Source: Geosiphon pyriformis uo1 (lineage: Eukaryota; Fungi; Glomeromycota). From it: a DNA stretch of 64,000 nucleotides. Each line of letters starts with the position of its first letter. The first letter of the stretch is position 1. The stretch is taken from assembly GCA_016748015.1 (NCBI GenBank), contig JAAOMT010000128.1:1743538-1807537 (forward strand). Reading direction: 5' to 3'. The translations under genes and the position numbers were made by a program. The notes beneath the pieces are model-generated. The model searched no databases. It saw only the letters and a list, made by a program, of their open reading frames with translations, and had not been told where the DNA came from. This document shows positions 50,510-64,000 of the stretch, one piece after another.

Positions 50510-52252
50510 TATTATAAATAATATTTAGAAGTTGGAACAAATAACAAATTTGTAACTTGGTACTTAATAGCTGAAAATGTTGATAATTTCTAAAGGTTTT
50601 GAAGTTTGAAAGTTTTGGTTGAGTTCTTTGTATAATAGACAAAAATTCAATTAATGGTTTTTTCTGTGAATTTTTTTTTAGTATAGTGATTAGTTTATTT
50701 GGGCAATTATGTCTTTTTGGTAAGCTATTTTTAAATTTCTACTCTTGTTTTCAGGTTTTTTATCAGATTATCTTTGATGTCAAATACTTAATGTTTAATT
50801 TTTTTAATCAATTAATAAACAACAAAAAAATAAAACAAAAAAAAATAAAAAAAATAAAAAAAGAAAATAAAAAATTAGTATCTTATTAATAGTTGTAATC
50901 AAGAGCTATTAATCTAATATGGTTAAGTATTGAATTCTATTAACATGGAAAGTTAATAATAAAAAAGTAATTAATATTTTTAATTAAGCAATAATAACAT
51001 AGATTGGATGATAATTAAATATTTTTATTAATATTAATAAGTTTTTATTTCAAGTTATAGAAAACTATTTTTTGAAGAAAAAAATAAGATAAGTAATTAT
51101 TGCTAACTATTGTTTTGTTTAAATTAAATAAATACTTTTCTGTTTTTAATACTCTTGTTATATATACATAATTTGTATTATATAAAATTTCTTGAAATTC
51201 TGCAATTCCTCAAGAAAAATTCTGGAATTTTTCCTTTTATTATGTCTATTTCTATTTGGTTATTTTATCTATTATTATAATTCTTAATTTCTATGAGTTA
51301 TATTATTTTTTTCTTTTAATATTGAACTCTATCAAAATTTCTCAAATCTTTTAAATCTTCTTTTTAAATCAGCTTTATAACTTTTTTCTCAATAATTATT
51401 TGAGCAATTTTGGTTTGTAATTTTTTAAATTGGACATTAGTAATTTTTTCCAATTGGTTAATAATTACCATGTTTATTGTTAAGTATAGCAGTATTTTTG
51501 GACAGTTTTGGAATTCTGTTTGTAATTAATATATTGCTTATGTCTATGTAGATAGATTGTTTTTTTCATAAATTGTTTGAGTTGTTATAATATTATTGTG
51601 TTAAATATTTGTCTTGTTTTATTTGTATATAAGTTTTGAATATGGATTTTTTGTTTTAAGTAATAATAGCAAAAGTTTTTTGGAAATTGTTGTGTCCATT
51701 ATTTCCAGTTTTTTTTCATTAATTTTTTGTATAGTACTATTATTTTTGGTGTTTCTATAAGTATTTTTACTTTTGCTATTATATCTTCTATTATATTTTT
51801 ATATTTTTTATATAATCTATATTGTATTTTATATTAAAATTTTGTTTCTTTTCTGTATATTGAATGGTTTGTTGATTAATTGTAATTTTTATATTTAGTT
51901 TTTAATATTTAATCAATTGAAATAATTGATAAACTAGTAAATAAATATTATCAGTAATTTCTATTTTTTATTTGTTTTTATTATGTAGTTAATTTTTTAT
52001 ATACTGTTTTTGTTAATTAATTTAACATGTTTGTGTCAATAATTATAATTGGTTTTAGATCTTATGGAATTTTATCTGGTTGTATTAGTATTTATTATAC
52101 TTTTAGTTATAGAATATTACTAATAAATAATAATACTATACTGTAATATAGTTTTAGTCAATTTCTATATACTGCTTTAATTAAAATTTTGTTGTTTCAT
52201 TTTAATTTATAAGCTCTATTTTCAAGAATTTTTTTAATATAAAATAGTTCAT
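50510..52252 (-). mobile_element. Gypsy family 1-related 3' fragment: 3' LTR (50510-51302), PPT, ORF3, integrase tail
   Basis: Reverse complement matches 23690-25433. Confidence 0.85.
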
Positions 52253-54283
52253 TGTTATTCATAGAAATTTAGGAATTATTAATAAAAATATAAAGTAGCC
52301 AATTAGAAATAGACATAGTAAAAAAAAAATTTCAGAATTTCTCTTAAGGAATTACAAAATTCCAAGAATTCTAGAATTCTTGGCTAGAAGAATTAAAGAA
52401 ATTTAAAAAATCTTATATAATAGTAGTTATATATATATAGCAAAAATATCAAAAACAAAAAAACAGAATTAATTTAGAATCAATACTTACAATTAATCAA
52501 TTATTTTCTACCTTTTCTTTCAAAAAGTAGTTTTCTACAACTTGAAATAAAATCAGATCACACATTAATAAATTATTAATTATTACATAAACCCATGTTA
52601 TTTGTTATTTAATTAAGGAATATTAATTGCTTCTACTCTATAAACACTCTATGTTAATAGAATTTAATACTTAACTATACTGAACCAATAGTTTTTAATT
52701 ATAACTATTAACAAGATACTAATTTTTATTTTTATTTTATTTTTTTATTTGCTTTATTTTTATTTTTTTTTATTTGTTGTTTACTAATCAGTTAAAAAAT
52801 TAATATATGGAGTTATTAATGTCAAAAAAAACTGGTAAAAACCCAAAAATAAGAGTAGAAACTCAGAATTTGAGAATAGCTTACCAAAAAAAACTGGCCA
52901 TCAAGCTAAGAAAAAAATTCACAGAATACACTGTTACCAGTAGAATTTTAGCTATTAATTAGCATGAAATTACCCTTATAATTCCTATAATTTATTAGTA
53001 TATTAATATTATTTCAAATTATCATTTATTATTTAATCAATTATTACATATCACGATTCAATTAAAATAATTTAATTAGTATAACAGAAAGTAGGATGAT
53101 CAAATTACACAATACCCTGAACTTTGTAACATTCAAAAATTCGCCGAAATTTACAGAAATTCGCCGAAATTATGAATAGTTCACCCAAATTAATCAATAG
53201 TTCAGCGAAATAACTTGTAGTTCATCAAAATATATCTTTAGTTCACCGAAATTTGAGCAAAGAGAAAAAGTGCAAGTTCATAGACTAGTACTACAACAAG
53301 TTGTATAAAAAAAGAGCTTTTCTCTTCTGGAAAATGTATCTTATTTTAGATTTATCACTTAGAACCATTCCTACACACACAAAAAGAAATAAATATCAAA
53401 TAATTCGAAAAACCAAATTTTTTAAATTATTGCACTTGGAAAATCCTCAAAACCCAACTAACGTTTTGAAATTGATTAGCTACCAATTTTAGTAAACTGT
53501 TAGTGACTCCAGGCCTGGATAGAAAACGTTTTTCTTAACAAAAATTCTATTTCTTTTACATTTCTTTTATTTTTTTTTTCTTTTCTTATTACAATTATTA
53601 GGGTAGCCTACAGACAAGATTCCTGTAGAAGAGTTGACTTTCACAGCAAAGTAACTATATATTTTAGTGAGCTTCCAGACAAGCAATTCCTGGGAAAGAG
53701 TTGACATTTACTACAATGTAACTACATAAAGTAACTGGCACAGAATTGGCCATTCCACTTATAAGTCCAGCAAGTTCAAATTATAGAAGATAATTTGAAG
53801 ATAAATTCAGTTATTGGAGGTTCAACTACTTCCTGAGAACGTGAATTCACAGCAAATCAACATTACCAACATTTAAGAAAAGAGACCAAAAACCTCCAGT
53901 AACAACTCTTTCAGAAAGGTACTAAAACAACTATTAAATTTTTGTCCATTATATAAAGAACTCAACCAAAATCTTCAAATTACAAAAACTTTCAAATATT
54001 ATTAATAATTATCAGCTATTAAGTACCAAGTTATGAATTTGTTATTTGTACTAACACTTTAAATAATTACCTATAATATTTGGTGCTCTTTGTAAAGTAT
54101 AATTCAGCAAAAAACCAGCACTAATAACAATCATCTAAAACAATAACAAAATTAGAAAAAATAGGAACAAACCACTTGGAATTCACAAAAGCTTTATTCT
54201 AATACTATTAGACTTACTTAGGATTAACAAATAACTATTGACCAGCAAAATCAACTTTTAACTTTTACATTAATAAAAAGATT
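52253..54283 (+). mobile_element. Gypsy family 1-related 5' fragment: LTR 52253-54078 (split by a solo LTR), PBS, gag start
   Basis: TGTTATTCATAG start, TTTGGTGCTCTTTGT PBS, NHLEFTKALF..AKSTFNFYINKKI. Confidence 0.85.
52932..53904 (+). mobile_element. Solo LTR (family 3), less decayed copy
   Basis: Highly similar to 31075-32088 and retains CpGs. TSD ACAC/ACTC. Confidence 0.9.
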
Positions 54284-54324
54284 AAGTCTCTGTTTTGCTA
54301 ATAAAAGTGTTTTATTGGTATATG

Positions 54325-55722
54325 CTATAAGCAAAATTCAAATCATCTTGAGAGTCAAATGTAACCAAAGCAAACTGAGAATGACGACCAGAATCAGAAG
54401 ACTGAGAAATGAAGCACATCCACCCATCAACTCGAGAAATCATATCACTAATTTCAAAAGCTGTGCAGCCAGAAGGAAGATTGACCAATTTGGTCTTGAA
54501 CCTATCATAAAACAAAATGGCCTCATTCTGATTAATAACTGGAAAGATCTTAACACTATCTTTGCCCACCAGAATTGACCAATGATTGAGAGCAGCAATA
54601 GCAGCATTCAATTCCTTAAAGTAAACAACTATGTACTGCCAAACACTAGCAGGCTTCAGTATAATATGGGCAATCTCACCAAATACATTAAGAACCATCT
54701 TAATATCAGCAGCTGACACACTCAAGGGTACATCATGCAGCACAACAGCAGCAAGAGAGGAACCAGATTCAGAAACCACCAAAGACTTGGCAATTTTTAG
54801 AGTGGTCAAATGAACAGAGCTTGTAAGCTTAACCAGAAACACAGCTTCCAAAGACTGTTGAGAAGCAAACTCCATACAGAAAAGCTTCACATTGTTTTTT
54901 GAAACAGATTTAGCACTTAAGAAACCATGTACAGACTGAAAAACAGTCTTAACATGAGCCAATTTGATCTTAAAAGTAGCACCAGGCACCAAAATGGAGG
55001 CCATCCACTCAGTAAACCTTTGATGACTAATAATAGTTTCCCAAACACCACCAGAAGTAGTACCAGAAATTAGAGGAGGAGATGATTCAGTTTCCATTTG
55101 ATCAGCCCAGTTCCCAAAAACAGGTGATCCAACAGGAGGAGATTGTTTTGCTTCTAAAACCAGTGATGATCTGCTGGAAGATACCACATTTGGCAACACA
55201 GCCAGTGGTTGATCTTAGCCCATCTTGGATGACATGCTGAATGATGCTATGGAGATCTCATTGGGAACCACAAAGGGGTTTGGTGTAACAATAGCAGAAA
55301 CAAATGACTGCTCTCACTTTTCTGAACTTTTGGTCTTTTTGACCATTTTTTTTGAAGAGGTAGTGCTAACAGCATCAAGTGTTGAATCTATGGAGGGGAA
55401 AACCAGCTTATTTACTGGTCTATTATTAAAAACTTGGTTGAGATGGAGACAACACTGGAACTAACTCAAGTGTGTCTTTTTAAGGGAATTTTGACTGGTG
55501 AGAAATCAGTCAAAGATGAGGAAATTGCTTTAGTGGCTACCAAAAGCAGTTTATCACAATTATTGGGTAAAAAAAAGGCTTCTAAAACGTTTTGCCTAGT
55601 TGCTTCTACAACAGAGAGAGCTTTTCTGATTGAAATTTTATTAGATATTTTAGGACAGATATCAGGTACAGCTTTTTTACTCTTTGCTCTGGTCATGGTC
55701 ATAAAATTAAGAAAACAAAGAG
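54325..55722 (-). mobile_element. Second copy of the ORF1-only family (5' part, 3' end lost)
   Basis: MTMTRAKSKKA... and the 295-aa ORF align with 41715-43100. Same short 5' leader CTCTTTGT.T.CTTAATTTTATG. Confidence 0.88.
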
Positions 55723-56826
55723 TCTTTTTTTTTTATTTATTTAATAATTTTTTATTTATAAGTTGTAATATTAAGAATTATAATAATAAAAAAAGTATTA
55801 TTTTAATTTTTATAATTTTAATATAATTTTTATTTAAAATTTTAAAAAATTTGCTATTATTAAAAATAATAGTAATTATTAATATTTTTTGGCTGTTTTA
55901 GTTTTTTTAGTTATTTAAAAATAACAATAATAGTAAAAAAAACAGTAGTTTTATTACTAATTTTTTGTTAAAAATTTAAATTATATTAAGATTCTTTAAT
56001 TAAAGAAAAAAAATGAGGTTAAAACAACCAAAAATTGCTTTTAAATTTCTTTTTTATTATTTTAAAAAATTTAAAGTTAAAATTAATTATTAAAGTTGTA
56101 ACTAATTACAAAAATTTTATTAATACAAATTTAATAAATATTTTTTTATTTTAATTGTTAAATAATTATTAAACAATTGTAATTGTGTTTATATAATTTT
56201 GAATAATTAATTTTAATATTAATCTTAATTTTATATAATTAAATAGTTCTTTTTAATTAAAATTATTAAATCTATTTCTTAAATTTTCAGTTAAGTATTT
56301 CAATAATTGAATGTTAAATTAAATTTTTTCTTATTTAAGCTTTTTATTAATGTGTTGTTTTATTGATTTGTCCAAAATTCTCAATTGTTTTCATTGTAAT
56401 TTATCTTATTAAGATTGATTTCCTATTACGATATATTTTTGACTTGGATTCAGGAAATTTGTATTTTGTATCCGTTTCAGTCATATTCTTCAATAGGGGC
56501 CTACTAGTCTAAGCTAGTAAGTAACTAAGTAAGACCTGCAATTGTGATGAACCAAGAAAAGATTAAAAGTATCAAATTATCAGAGCAACTAGACTAGTTC
56601 TGTTTCTTGGAAATTTTTCATTAAAAATTATTTGTAAACCATTAAAATGAGTGTTAAAATATGCAGCGGGATCTTATCGTCATATTTCGAGAGGTATTAA
56701 AGACACTATCATCACATGGTGACATAAATGGTTATCCACCGTATGGATAGGGAACGCTTTTGATGAGGAAAAAAAAATTTAATCGTCAAAATGGTAGGCA
56801 GGTAAGAAAAGCCAATAATATTAATA

Positions 56827-58027
56827 TTACTTTGAGGTTATTTTGAACGGATAATCTACTGGAGTATCTTTTCTCTTCCAGATCTTTCTCTTCTTTTTCT
56901 GGACTACATGTTCAACCATAACTTCCTCGCAATATCGCTCTTTGAACTCTCGTACAAATCGAGGATCCCTATAGTCAAAATCGCCAAAATATTAGAAATT
57001 TAGATTCATAATAAAAGAGCAAATCATCGATTACCAAAGCTCAGAGGCGATTCCCAAATCTTTACAACATCGCATGAGGGCATTGCTTTTGCAACCTTCT
57101 GCGGCAGTCGCGAGACCAGATGGATCAAAATATTCTTGTTCACCACGAGCGACAGAAACAAGTCTAAATTATCATGAATATTAGGATGAAGTTACTTGAA
57201 ACCCATATGTTAACCAAACAAGAGAAAATTTCTAATACCGACCTTCCTGAACAAACTAATGCATACTCCCGCGAGATATTTCTTGGGGTTACAGAATTCT
57301 CTCCTCGTGGAGCAAGACCCCATCCTTTTCCAATCAAAAAATTAAATTGAGAAACTTAAAAACAAGAGGAAAATATGAAAGGTTCAGTATTTACCTCCGG
57401 GACCAAAGGCTTTATTCAATACACGACGATACTTGATTTCAGGAAGATAAATCATACCATCTTTTTGAAACAAACAAAATTATTTATGGGAAAATGACCT
57501 CCCAAAAATTTAATGATCAATTCAAAAAGACAAAATATTTCCTAATGATTATATACCAGGTTTGCATTCAATATCATCTGGATCAACAGGTTGCATCAAG
57601 ATTGCAGCAGCTTCTGAAGAAAAGGGTTGTGCAGACAAACCAAAATAAGACTTTGACCAATCGATCTTTGTAGATGAAGGATCTTCTGTCGCTTTGTCTA
57701 GCTCAGTGCTGCCTCCAAAGTCAGTGGCCGGTGGGAAATTACCAGGAACTTCTTGAATGGAGGACGTTTTGGGCTCATAATTTGTAATTTCTCGCTCAGT
57801 GGAGTTCACTTCATCAATAGACGAGAATAATCTTGTGACTTTTAGATTAGAACCTAAGATAATAGGCTTTGAAAAACTCTAATAGGAAAAACGACGCGTT
57901 GTAAGCTGAGAAATTGGAAGAAAATGACGTGCCGTTGAGAGTATACCTTGGGGTTATTATAATATTGCTGCCCAAAAATTTTAAAAATTGTCCGTTGGAA
58001 GCCTCTGTTTCTTAAAAGCGTGGACAT
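56827..58027 (-). CDS. MGM101: Mitochondrial genome maintenance protein Mgm101, multi-exon
   Basis: [76 protein letters not shown]. Confidence 0.96.
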
Positions 58028-58113
58028 TTTTGTAATTGACGAGTGAGAAAGAGGGTTTTTCAAACTTTTTACTTCTGATCCAGTCCAAATATTTTTTTTA
58101 CTAACAATGATTC

Positions 58114-58149
58114 ATTTGTCACCTGATTTATACGAGTCAGGTGACAAAT
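58114..58149. promoter_or_regulatory. Palindrome with two E-boxes in the MGM101/BTB bidirectional promoter
   Basis: ATTTGTCACCTGA-10 nt-TCAGGTGACAAAT, perfect 13-bp arms. Confidence 0.6.
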
Positions 58150-58248
58150 AAATATCTAAATATCATTGGTTAAATGATTGTATCCAAGTTTAATTCCCGG
58201 GTTAAAAATGAAAAAGATTAAATGTCCGGAATATTGGTGAAATTGCGA

Positions 58249-59249
58249 ATGGAGAGCCCGAGTTCAACAACTGCGACAACAACAACGACAACGGATGAAA
58301 GAATTGTATTAAACGTAGGGGGTGTTAAAGTAATTAATGTTTTAAATAAAAATTTTTAATTAAGTCTCTTTTAATCAAACTCACTTCTATCTCGCGCTTT
58401 CTGACTTTTCTTATTAACTTTATTGAATAATATTACACTTTCTTTTTCTGTCAAATATTCTTTTTAAATTTTTTTAATCAAATCAAAAAGTATGAAACTT
58501 ATCGTTCCACATTGACCACATATCCAACTACGCTTTTGGGTACAATGTTTCAACAACGAAACAAAGAATTACTTCGACCAACGAATGGAAATGAATACTT
58601 TTTTGACAGAGATGGAGAACTTTTTAGATTTATAATGCAATTTTATCGAACCGGTGAATTTATTTGGCCAAATCATGGATTACGATCTGAATATGGTCAA
58701 CAACCCCTTCATCCGTTAAAACATCAACAACAAGTTCTATCTCAAAGTGCTCTCGAAATTTCAAATTACGAATTGAAAAGAGAATTGGATTTTTTCCAAA
58801 TTCCTGCCAATTATACCCAAAATTTTAATCATCAACAACAACAATTTCCTTTCGCTAAAGCAGCAGCATTACGTGTTGATGAACTTGTGGCGGCATTGAA
58901 AGATGCTTTATATGAAATGATTATGAATTTCCGTACTAAAGTTGGAATAACTTTTTACTGGGATAAATCAATACCAGTCGTAAATCCCAAGATTGATGCC
59001 GTGGCCAATATCGTAATTCCTTTTGCTTTTAATGGTTATCATATACTTCATATGTTTAATAGCGAAATTCAAGAATATCTTCAACTTGCATTTCCAGATT
59101 TAGTCGTAAGTGTTGATAAATTTAATGGTGATACTCCTCGAGCTCATGTTAACGTTTATATTACATTGAACAATAGTTTAGAACCTTCAATAATTTTAGA
59201 AAATTCTTGTTTAATGAAAATGAATTTAGATGGTGAAGATGAAAAATAA
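58249..59249 (+). CDS. BTB/POZ (KCTD/T1-type) domain protein, one intron (58330-58490)
   Basis: RIVLNVGGVK|YETYRSTL..YP.TLLGTMF, EYFFDRDGELFRFIMQFYRTG. Confidence 0.92.
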
Positions 59250-59574
59250 AATTTTCCTATTTTTAACTTTTCATTTGGATGGTTAAAAAACCTATTGTGA
59301 TGACTTTTGAAAATTTAAATCATTCATTAATCAACAAAATTCCGCGTGTAACATGTGGTCGTGGGCATGCAGCGTGTCGATTGACAATCCTTGCATGAAC
59401 CAATCTTTATAAATATCAACCGCTAAATGGCGAGGTTAAACCAGATCCAATCATTCTCAAATAATCCTTTTGCCATACGATCATTCTACTTCCTAAAAAG
59501 TCCTTTATCATTTTCAACTTTTCTCGTCTTCCTTTGAAAGACTGGACGAAGACAATTTCCAACTCATTTTATAA

Positions 59575-60136
<562 letters not shown>

Positions 60137-60412
60137 ATGACATCAAATTCATTCCAATTCCTAGATTTATGCTGACCTATTAAAGTAACGCGAATTCATA
60201 TGATTTGACGCGTTTAATTTTCATTTCACTTTCTTGAAAAAGCAAATGCTATTAAATTAAAACTTTATTAAATGAACTTAAATTACAAATGAAAAATAGA
60301 TTGCATTCTTCCTATACCCTTGATCCTTCTTTTGTTTAATTTCTTTCATCCCTAAATTTCAACAAAGAATTTTCCCTTTAAGCAATGAAGATAATTCGAA
60401 TTGTAGTAAAAT

Positions 60413-60724
60413 TTAAACTAATGGTTTCCTCAGTGACATTTTTTTGATGTTTTGGGTGTCTTTCATAAGATTGTTAATCATTTCCAATAAAAAATAACTA
60501 TCAAGGCAATAATTACCAGATTTCAAAGCACATTTGAAAAATTGGCCTTTGTGTTTGTGAAAAGGTTGGAGTAATTTGGGATGCTCGCCATTTTTTGTTT
60601 GATCCTGGCCACAATAATTAAGATTTTTTGAAGCAATGGAAGCACTTTCGTTTTGATCATTAACATCTCCATTATATTTTAACGATCTCGTAGTAGTCAA
60701 GAGAATACACGATCGCACGTGCAT
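60413..60724 (-). CDS. Possible small orphan ORF or exon
   Basis: 103-aa ORF in non-decayed DNA between H4 and MBOAT; no recognisable motif. Confidence 0.2.
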   Translation of the reverse strand: MHVRSCILLTTTRSLKYNGDVNDQNESASIASKNLNYCGQDQTKNGEHPKLLQPFHKHKGQFFKCALKSGNYCLDSYFLLEMINNLMKDTQNIKKMSLRKPLV

Positions 60725-61014
60725 TTCTTAAAAATCAGAAATTGATAAAATAGGCTAGTATTTGTTTTATTATTATCCCCATAATTGATCTAAATCAATC
60801 ATAGTTAATACTTCCAAGGTTACATTAATTATGAACCGGGAAAGCTTTGGCCTCAAAAAGAAATTTTCAAGATATCACGATCGATTTTTGTCGCCGTGGA
60901 AAAAATTTTATATTATGGCTTTTCGAGATAAAAGCAATTTTTTTTAACTACCTAACACAAAGTCACTGGGTGTGGTCCTTGTCTTCTTCCAGTTTGCTTT
61001 GAGTAAAATTACTG

Positions 61015-62759
61015 ATGATAGTGGCTACTTTAAGTACCGCAAGCGGTATAGGAGAACCCGCGCTCCGTCTTCTCCTCACGATTCTTTCCGCATACCCAGT
61101 AGCTTTAGTCTATCACCTTACACTCTTACGTCCAATATCCTCCAAAAATGCTGCGTTTATCCGTAACTCTTACATAGTTGGCACCGGGCTTGCCCTCTCT
61201 TACTTTTATAATGGGCGAGACATAATTCATTCTTTAATCACCACCACTGTTACATGGCTAACAATGTGGTTCGGAGACGTAATTGATAATCGAAAAATCT
61301 CTGCCATTATAGTATTTATCTTTAATCTTGGATATCTTATTACTGGCTATTATTTTAATTCCACCGACACATACGACATTAGTTGGACGATGACCCAATG
61401 TATTCTTTGTTTACGAATGATTGGCTTCGCCATGGATTTTATGGATGCTTCTTCATATCTGAAATCAAAGAAAATCGATCAAAAGGAATCTAAAACTACA
61501 GCACTCAAAGATAAACATATCTTTCGAAATGGAAATATTTCGCCCACAAATCTAGTCACGAAACCCATTGTCCGGGATCCGGTTTCTTTTGGAAAAGACT
61601 GTCAATTGCCCGTGCTACCTTCATTTTTCGAAACGATTGGTTATGCTCACTTCTTTGGGGCGTTCTTGGTCGGACCTCAGTTTTCATTTAGTCTTTACAA
61701 AAAATTTATTACCTTTTCGATTTACCCGAATCCGAATAATATACCCTCCGGTTCCTACAGTCATGCGTTGAAAAGTTTTTTGTTGGGGGCAACTTATTTG
61801 GGGGTAGCGCAAATTGGCAATGGAGTTTTTCCAATGAGCTACCTAATTACAAAGGAATATGCTGCTAAAAACCTCATTGAAAGATTGGCGTTTATGTGGT
61901 TTGCTGGCAAATTTACATTCAGTAAGGTATGGATTCAACTTTTTTACCTGGTCTCATATATGCCCGCGAATATTTGTATTAAATCAATCACATATTTATT
62001 TAGTACCTTGGAATCTGGACATTGGTGGAAGGAGCATGCGTATTGTCTGGCATTACTTTTAATGGCTACAATGATCATGGTCATGCCGAATGGAACGGCT
62101 TGGCTAATGTCGTGAAGGCAAGTGGTAAATTTAATGCCTCTTGAATTACTTTTTTATTCACTTTCTCTTTCATATCGATCGCTTAGCATCGGTTTGAATT
62201 CGCCACAACGTTTACTGAGATCATTGGCTCTTTTAACACAAACACCAATCTATGGAGTAAACTCTATATTTTCAAACGTCTTATCTTTCTCAACAACAAA
62301 AACATTTCGTCCATTGCGACGTTATTTTTCCTTGCTATTTGGCATGGAATTCACCCCGGTTATTTTATGACTTTTTTCCTCGAATTCCTCGATGTCGAAA
62401 CTGAGAAGCGATGGTCGAAACGTCTGACACCATACACGACACCAATATATGACGAGAAAAATAAGTCAAATCTGATTATAAAACTTGTGAAGAGGTTGCA
62501 CCTATTCTTTTGCTGGCTGGGACAAACAAGTGGATTACATTACGCGATGGTCTCATTCGAGATTTTGAAATGGAATAATGTGATAACCGCATGGCAAAAT
62601 GTATATTATTGCGGTCATATTGTTGTTTTTACTTTATTGTTTTTGGACATAATACTCCCAAGACAAAGTGGAAAGAAGATCAAGGTGAAAAGGCAGACGG
62701 ATGATGAAGTTAACGGGTTGAGAGAAACAAAGTTGAATGGAACCATCGATAGAGAATGA
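61015..62759 (+). CDS. MBOAT lysophospholipid acyltransferase (Ale1/LPCAT3-like); introns 61927-62003 and 62118-62186
   Basis: YDISWTMTQCILCLRMIG, FFGAFLVGPQF, FNTNTNLW..YIFKRL, LAIWHGIHPGY with the catalytic His. Confidence 0.92.
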
Positions 62760-63345
62760 ATATTTTGATTTCAAGGGTAAGGATAAAGATCGTTCTTGTA
62801 AATTAAAATTTCAAACCGAAATGAAATCGGGGTTCAAATATGTATAATTGAAAACGAAATAAAATTCATTGTAATATGCTTTTATTGAATGTAAATTTTA
62901 TTCACAATACAATTATGGAAAATGACAAGTCTTTCTACTGTTATCCATTTAAATTATTTTTTAAAAGTTTGATATTTATTTTATGTATTAATTGCAGTAA
63001 TTTTAATTTAATATATATAGTAATGGATTTTTTATTTATGTATTTGTTCTATTATTATTATGTTTCCTTCAAAAAGTTTGACAGCATATTTACATAAAAA
63101 AACTTTTTTTGGAAAATAAATATTAATATTATCTTATTTTCTTACTTTTGAATATATTTTATAATTAATGTTTGTTATAATAAAATTCCATCAAATTTAT
63201 TTTTTGGTAAATACATATATAATTTTCGCAAGAACACTGGATTAAAGCCGCCGATCCTTTCAGGCTTGCCCAGAATTAGATTCAAATGAATAGAATTTAT
63301 GTCTCGAAAAAGTTGAATGCACATTCTCTAGCATTGAATCCTACA

Positions 63346-63936
63346 ATGTATCTCTGGAGAAATGTCGTCGCTATTGGGTTCAAACCTTTCGGTTTAGCAA
63401 AAGTATTTTCAGATGGGTTTCTTTAGGCATGTTTACATGCCGGTAGAGAATTCATTAGGATCTTAGTTTGTAAACCCTTCTGAACCTTTCGCAGCCTTTT
63501 GTAGGCCCAAGAAGGTTTGCGTCCACCCAACCCCTTATCGAGAGTTTTAATGGGAAAAAGAACGCAAACGTAAGTTGAGTATGCGAGTTGCTTTGCCTCC
63601 GTGTCAATCTCACAATCTACTTCCATTTTTAGGGTAATTATACAGTCACTCTCATTGCAGGTGACGGCATCGGCCCTGAGATCTCAGAATCGGTTAAGAG
63701 AATATATAAAGCGGCCATGGTATGCTTTCCTAAGTTTTTGAAAACCACAATCCTTATTAATAACCAAAGCTAGATGAAAATTCAATGATTCATCTTGGAT
63801 TTTGAACTTTGCTTTATTTTCTAGGTTCCTGTAGAATGGGAACCTGTAAGCGTCACGCCAATACTCATTAGAGGTCGCACCGTCATCCCTGATGAGGCCC
63901 TTCATTCTGTAAAGAAAAACACAGTGGCCTTAAAAG
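63346..63936 (+). CDS. IDH2: NAD-dependent isocitrate dehydrogenase subunit 2, 5' exons (continues past window)
   Basis: Mitochondrial presequence, then GNYTVTLIAGDGIGPEISESVK..VPVEWEPVSVTPIL..IPDEA..SVKKNTVALKG. Confidence 0.88.
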
Positions 63937-64000
63937 GTATCACTTCCTATATTATAATAAAATGGTTTTGGTTTCACGAATTCCTGGCTTTAATAAATTC

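Overview
AT-rich, intron-containing fungal DNA. The transposon families and gene structure suggest Glomeromycota, probably Geosiphon-like; this is an inference from recalled protein families, not a search. About 50 kb is a nested graveyard of CpG-depleted, C>T/G>A-decayed transposons. It includes APE/RT/RNase H LINEs, a complete 10.1-kb Ty3/Gypsy element carrying a dUTPase and an extra ORF3, other Gypsy remnants, and solo LTRs with 4-bp TSDs. It also holds two elements invisible in the ORF track: a complete Ginger-type TIR DNA transposon (29547-35823) and a pogo/Tigger transposase remnant. Two CpG-retaining gene islands are present: CUE-domain protein and TFIIE-alpha (36.2-40.3 kb); and MGM101, a BTB protein, histone H4, an MBOAT acyltransferase and the 5' part of IDH2 (56.8-64 kb). 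Most notable: (1) an ORF1-only, TSD-flanked, polyadenylated retroposon (HAL1-like) sharing a structured 3' end with the autonomous LINEs; (2) the Ginger element, whose two TIRs show one-sided, mostly non-CpG C>T hypermutation; (3) the Gypsy element with a Cys-rich + dUTPase insert and a conserved non-Env ORF3. All alignments were done by eye.
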